64,000 bases of DNA from Giardia intestinalis (taxonomy: Eukaryota). The translations under genes were made by a program, and so were the position numbers. The stretch lies in assembly GCA_000002435.2 (NCBI GenBank), contig CM018793.1; one strand, given 5' to 3'. How positions within the stretch are numbered: position 1 is the first letter of the stretch; every line of letters begins with the position of its first letter. The notes under the pieces were generated by a model. That model was given only the letters and a program-made list of their open reading frames with translations, did not search any database and was not told where the DNA came from. Below are positions 59,161 through 64,000 of this stretch, in pieces.

Positions 59161-62100
59161 TCAATAATCTACAAAGTCGGCAAAGTCTCGCACGGAATAA
59201 TTAACAACTTTGATAACAAGCTCAGGGACCTTGTTGCATGCGTCGACCCAGGTAAGGGCTCTATCAATAAATCTGTCAAAGAGAACTCCCCAAACATCTC
59301 TTCTGGCCACTGTATCTATCTCTACTGGCTTGTTCATTGGTGCTATGTACTCCTCTTCGACTTGCGAGACCATGGAATCGTCTACATCCGATGTAGCCTC
59401 TTCCTCACCTTCTTTGACCCCTTCTTGGAACTTGGACGAGCCAGCCAAGCCCTCCACGGCAGCATCAAGGAGGTTCTTGCCCTCTTGCGGAACCAGCTCT
59501 GACTTTGTAGGGAGCTTTTGATCTTTTTGAGGCGCATTAGACTTTGTTGGACTCGTCTTGGATTTCATATCCTTTTCCGGTTTTGGTGGCAAAATGCCCA
59601 GATTTCCTGCAAGGAGCAGTGCATTTTCCTCTGTGATATCAACAACGTACGCACACTTGGTGGCTGACGGTTGAACAATGGCATCTGCAAAGATAGTTCC
59701 AAAAGGGCCACTCGGAGTCAATAGAGATAGATATACGGGGAGACGCATTGCCTTGCTGGCCCCACTAGACACACCTGCTGTGTCAATGTGTGTAGAGAGG
59801 TAGGAGTATAGAGACTCGAAGGAACTCAGAGTCCTAACACCTATGTTCTCTATGAAAGATATGAGTGAGACGTCTATGGTCGAACAGCCAGGGGTGTCCT
59901 TGGCTTGAATGGCAGCAAGGGCCTGCGCCTTCATGGATTCTGCATCTGTCAAGGAGCTCGGCTTAATGCAAAAGAGAGCACAGAGCTTTTCGAGCGTTTC
60001 CACTGGCACCTGGAAAGATTTGGACAATTGCGGAGGCTCCTGATAGAACTGCGCATCATTACGCCATTCACCATCCTCGCCGGAGTCACCATTATCAATG
60101 CCCTCTTTGCTTCCCACTGCAGCGACTTCAGGTGCAACCATCTCCTTATCGAAAGGCGTGTCTTCACGGTGCGCTAGTGTATCATTAGTATTGGGAACCT
60201 CAACACAATCACTGGGCGGTCTTTTTGGAAACGCGGACATTGGCCCAGATAGCTCGTCTTCCACCTCATCGCTCAGGTATGTATAGGATGTAACTCTGTG
60301 CACGTCCTGGTTGCTAGATGGACTTTCAAGTCTGTCTGGAAGCGCATATCTCGCTTCTATTGCCTTGACATCAGATTCGGTGTAACCGCATGCACTTATA
60401 ATGCCCCAAACAGCATCATCAAACTTTCTGTCATATTCTTGAGTGTCGTACTCTAAGGGTGCTTGGCTTCTATACACGCGTTTAGCAATCTGAACCAACT
60501 CTAGCATAGTAAGGATGAGGCCCTCTACAAGGTACTCAAGAGACGTCTTCTGGTAGCTCGAGCTGTACGTAAACCCAATGTATTTGCGGATTGTAAAGCA
60601 ATCAGCATCGTTTTTGAGTTCAGGCTTTTGAAATGTTGGATAGAGTGTGACGTCAGGCTTAGCAGGTACGGGGAGCTCAGACGGATGAATTGCAGCATCA
60701 GGGTCTATACCGGCCTCTTCCGCAGTCAGCTCACCGTTAGCAATGCCCACCAGCTTCTGGTAGGTCAGCTCATATTCGTCTAGCTCATCATCATACAGGC
60801 GTAGACGATCACAGTGCTCTGCTATTAGATCATCTGTATAATGAGTGAATAGTGCGTCTATGAATGTATCAAACTCCCTCTGGAAGCTTGCCAGCTTTAG
60901 CTCATAAATGAGTGAGCCTATGTCAAGTGGTTCATTAAACTCTGGATCATAGTCTACTCTTTTCTTAGTGAAGCGATCAACGCTGGTGACGTCTTCGCCC
61001 AGCCCTTTATAGAACGCCTTTGCAAGCTGATATTCCTTGATCTGCTGTGAAGTTAGGCTTTCTAGATACAAGTCTTCTGTCTGTTCTGTTAGTCCCAAAT
61101 ACGGTCTCGGTCCATCCTCCATAATAGAGACACTGAGTGTGAGGTTGCCCCGATTACGCGACCGCTTGGCAATTCCCGGTTTTGCTATAGTACTGGAAAA
61201 GTTAGAGTGATTCAGATGGTGACCAGGGCTGTTTGTAGCCATGAGTTTTCCTTCCAGGTCTTCGTCGAGCTCCTCATCGATTTTATCGACATTTCTGATC
61301 AACTTTTCAGTAGTAAAAGGAGTGCAGTCTTCAATCCCGTAAGCATACAGAGACAGGTTCATATAATTTGTCATTTCGGAAAATATATTAGTGAGATGAG
61401 GCACATCTGGTAATGCCGGACATGAGCTTTCCATGATGAGCCGCCCTAAGTGGAGTAGTAGATTTGGGTCAAGGAATACAACCTCAGAATTGAAGTTCTG
61501 AGCAAGATAAATAGACATGCTGGTTTTGAATGAGTCTACTAACTGAATTAAGCTCAGCGTGGTTGCATCAGATCCCTTAGACTTGGAGGAAGAAGAGGAG
61601 CCCGTGCCTCCCAGTGCAGGCGGTTGCTGAAGTGGAAGAGATAGCCCAATACTCTTTGCAAATAAGCATGAACATATCTCTACAACATACTTGCAAAGTT
61701 GCGCGCGCGCACGATTGACTACCGCGCACTGCTTGTTGAAGACTGTCTTGGCATGTCTAAACCCAACCACACTGATGTAGTGCACCATATTGTCGATGGT
61801 CTCTGTCTTTGGAAAAGAAGATAGCTGAATGGCCGCAAAGACAGCATCAAGGAGTGCATAATTAAGCTGCATAGGACGGAAGGGTTGAAACGTTGTAATG
61901 GCAAGGCACTCGAAAGCGTCTGAGAGTGCCGCTGTCTGTGTCTCGCTAAGCGTTGCTGGTGTAGTAGCTGATGTCAAACCAGTTAAAAAGCATGCATTAG
62001 CTTCAAAGAACGATCGGGAAAACAGGCGTGAAGCAAGGGTGTTGGGGTCTGCATCTGCAAAGAAGATGCCTAAAAATGTCTTGGGCAGGGGAATGGCAGT

Positions 62101-63963
62101 CATCGATAGCAGGGGCTCCTCTTTGCCTTTCGTCCCCTTTTTCACTGGCTCCTGGACAGGAGGAGTCTTCAGCCTCTCATACGATGCCTTTAGAATAGAA
62201 GAAAGGCCCGTTAAGCAGGCCAATCTGTCGGATTCCACCGCTAATGTTGGTACTCCTGTGAGGCATCTGATTCTAATTGGATGCGACTCGATAGATGACA
62301 CTGCCCTGGGCTTCTCCGAGCTAATCGGTGGCCGCTTTAATAGACCTGACTGGGCGTCAGGCACAGGGAGTGGTGTTACTTTATCCAGAATAAGATAGTC
62401 TGAAATTGTGTATGGTTCCTCTTGACTTATCAAGTATAAGTTAGGTGGTGCTTGATCAGTTAAAGAAGCGTTAGAGGCGCTTCGTTGCGGAGTCAATGCA
62501 GGAGATTGGTCACCCATTCTTTTTTTGCTGAAAACACGACCCTTCTTGTGTAGTGTTGCATTGGCATATGGATGGGGTGGTGTTGCTTGGTCACTGAAAA
62601 GAACAACCTCATAATGTGCATATAGCATATTACGGTGGCTTTGGGACACATTCTCGGGGCAAAACGGAGTGTACTGATGTTCAGGATAGTAGCTCCAGTC
62701 AATCTGTTCCGGAGGAAATGATGCGCCACGTGTGACGGCATGCGGATCTATCAGGTTAATTTCGTGGAGTGCATAAATGAAGGGTATGTACATCCGTCCA
62801 GACATGGTGAGCAGGTATAACATCTCTCGGAGCATTAACTCTGCAACATCATGGACTATGGTTTCTATGGCAGTGTCAATTTTATCTTGTGGAATCCCTT
62901 GCTCCTCTACCAAAATGGGTGCACTGGGCGATGATCCATCAGCTGCTTGCTCCGCCTGCTCCACTGCTGAGAGGGCACAGGCTAATGACGTCCCATCATA
63001 TGGCTCTTTGGTCCCTGGATCAGCGTAGTACACATGCTTAAGAAATAGATGCTTGAATGAACGAAGTCCCTCCTGGTTGCCTCTGATATCTTTAGCTGTG
63101 TCTGTTGCCACAATTGGCTTTTGGGCTCCGGGAGGTTTCTTAACCTTTTCTGCCTCTAAGCGTGCGTGTTCTTCCTCTGCAACAGTCTGACACGTCAACT
63201 TCAGGCGATAATAGAAGACTGAGATCATAAAGGAGTCTGTCTTGGGTGCGAACGGTGCATCCTCCTCGCTGTTATGGTTATATGTCTGTAGGCTACGTCT
63301 GCGGTGTGCAAACTCCTTACAGACACTTTCCCAGAAGCAGGGCACAAAGCTCCCGACTCCTTCAGCAGCTTTAAGCTCAAGCAAGTGCCGTAGCTTAACC
63401 AGGTACACCAAGGCACCTCGTTGCTCAGTGTCAAAGGAAGACAAGTGGCCACCAAAAACGGTATTCAAGGGCCGGATTGATGAGGTCGCAGAGGCCATAG
63501 AAATAAGTGTAGACAGATTTTCTGCCCAAGAGGGGCGTGCAGACGCACTTATTAAACCGTTGGACATCAGCGAAAGGCGTTGCTTCGTTGCTCCCTTTCC
63601 CCTATTCATCACTTTAACAATCTGCTGTTCTAGAAGCATCTGACAATAAAAACCAATTCTTTCATAAAGAAATCTGGCTAGTGACGTGGGAACCACTGGG
63701 GCGGTTAAAGCTAGAAGCTCCTTACTCCTTGCAATGCCACGGCAAAAGACATCGTACTCTATAGACTCCAAGCTGGAAAGCACGACTAAGTCAGGCTCTT
63801 TGTCGGAGAAAGCGTCGACTACGACATGCTCCTGAATGAGAGCAAGACTGGACTGACGATACTTATCCAGCTGTCCTGCCTGAGAAGGGGGACCCACAGG
63901 ATTCTTGGAAAAAGGTGCTGGAGAGTCAGTAGGCACCTGCTCATTGCCTAATGGTGGTCTCAT
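59161..63963 (-). CDS. Hypothetical large protein of 1,600 aa; the 5' end may extend beyond the window
   Basis: The ORF is 4.8 kb and uninterrupted. The ATG at 63963 lacks an AT-rich initiator, and the frame stays open to the window edge. No domain was recognised. Confidence 0.55.
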   Translation of the reverse strand: MRPPLGNEQVPTDSPAPFSKNPVGPPSQAGQLDKYRQSSLALIQEHVVVDAFSDKEPDLVVLSSLESIEYDVFCRGIARSKELLALTAPVVPTSLARFLYERIGFYCQMLLEQQIVKVMNRGKGATKQRLSLMSNGLISASARPSWAENLSTLISMASATSSIRPLNTVFGGHLSSFDTEQRGALVYLVKLRHLLELKAAEGVGSFVPCFWESVCKEFAHRRRSLQTYNHNSEEDAPFAPKTDSFMISVFYYRLKLTCQTVAEEEHARLEAEKVKKPPGAQKPIVATDTAKDIRGNQEGLRSFKHLFLKHVYYADPGTKEPYDGTSLACALSAVEQAEQAADGSSPSAPILVEEQGIPQDKIDTAIETIVHDVAELMLREMLYLLTMSGRMYIPFIYALHEINLIDPHAVTRGASFPPEQIDWSYYPEHQYTPFCPENVSQSHRNMLYAHYEVVLFSDQATPPHPYANATLHKKGRVFSKKRMGDQSPALTPQRSASNASLTDQAPPNLYLISQEEPYTISDYLILDKVTPLPVPDAQSGLLKRPPISSEKPRAVSSIESHPIRIRCLTGVPTLAVESDRLACLTGLSSILKASYERLKTPPVQEPVKKGTKGKEEPLLSMTAIPLPKTFLGIFFADADPNTLASRLFSRSFFEANACFLTGLTSATTPATLSETQTAALSDAFECLAITTFQPFRPMQLNYALLDAVFAAIQLSSFPKTETIDNMVHYISVVGFRHAKTVFNKQCAVVNRARAQLCKYVVEICSCLFAKSIGLSLPLQQPPALGGTGSSSSSKSKGSDATTLSLIQLVDSFKTSMSIYLAQNFNSEVVFLDPNLLLHLGRLIMESSCPALPDVPHLTNIFSEMTNYMNLSLYAYGIEDCTPFTTEKLIRNVDKIDEELDEDLEGKLMATNSPGHHLNHSNFSSTIAKPGIAKRSRNRGNLTLSVSIMEDGPRPYLGLTEQTEDLYLESLTSQQIKEYQLAKAFYKGLGEDVTSVDRFTKKRVDYDPEFNEPLDIGSLIYELKLASFQREFDTFIDALFTHYTDDLIAEHCDRLRLYDDELDEYELTYQKLVGIANGELTAEEAGIDPDAAIHPSELPVPAKPDVTLYPTFQKPELKNDADCFTIRKYIGFTYSSSYQKTSLEYLVEGLILTMLELVQIAKRVYRSQAPLEYDTQEYDRKFDDAVWGIISACGYTESDVKAIEARYALPDRLESPSSNQDVHRVTSYTYLSDEVEDELSGPMSAFPKRPPSDCVEVPNTNDTLAHREDTPFDKEMVAPEVAAVGSKEGIDNGDSGEDGEWRNDAQFYQEPPQLSKSFQVPVETLEKLCALFCIKPSSLTDAESMKAQALAAIQAKDTPGCSTIDVSLISFIENIGVRTLSSFESLYSYLSTHIDTAGVSSGASKAMRLPVYLSLLTPSGPFGTIFADAIVQPSATKCAYVVDITEENALLLAGNLGILPPKPEKDMKSKTSPTKSNAPQKDQKLPTKSELVPQEGKNLLDAAVEGLAGSSKFQEGVKEGEEEATSDVDDSMVSQVEEEYIAPMNKPVEIDTVARRDVWGVLFDRFIDRALTWVDACNKVPELVIKVVNYSVRDFADFVDY

Positions 63964-64000
63964 GCTTCCATGCAGAGAGAGAGTTGGAGAAGAATCTGTT

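Overview
This window is a compact, intron-poor eukaryotic segment with about 27 protein-coding genes on both strands. Intergenic spacers are often under 100 bp, and short AT-rich tracts run directly into the ATG.

The gene content points to a diplomonad, Giardia-like genome. This is an inference that needs a database search to confirm. The indicators are:
- a cysteine-rich secreted protein with CXXC and GGCY motifs, like VSP or high-cysteine membrane proteins;
- a tenascin-like EGF-repeat protein;
- an ankyrin plus coiled-coil protein of the 'protein 21.1' type;
- a plant-type GARP/Myb-like factor ending in the SHLQKYR signature;
- AGTRAAY-like poly(A) motifs.

Confidently recognisable genes include:
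- a HECT E3 ligase (about 2,630 aa);
- a Sec7 ARF-GEF (2,367 aa);
- an epsin-like ENTH protein;
- a Rab-like GTPase;
- an NF-YB-like histone-fold protein;
- an ASH2-like SPRY protein;
- an SLC19-like folate/thiamine carrier;
- an NHL-repeat protein;
- a papain-family cathepsin with a C-terminal membrane anchor;
- an ISG20/REXO4-like exonuclease fold whose DEDDh catalytic residues appear to be replaced.

The most unusual part is the first 11 kb. A VSP-like gene runs off the window edge. It is followed by about 4.7 kb with no credible ORF, then a block of markedly high GC from about 5.3 to 8.8 kb. That block holds a start-less EGF/HCMP-like fragment, an intact membrane-anchored cathepsin, and a DEAD-box helicase that lacks its N-terminal motifs.

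The ORF track treats GTG and TTG as starts. Several gene starts were therefore moved to the first ATG sitting behind an AT-rich initiator. No tRNA, rRNA or CRISPR could be supported by eye.
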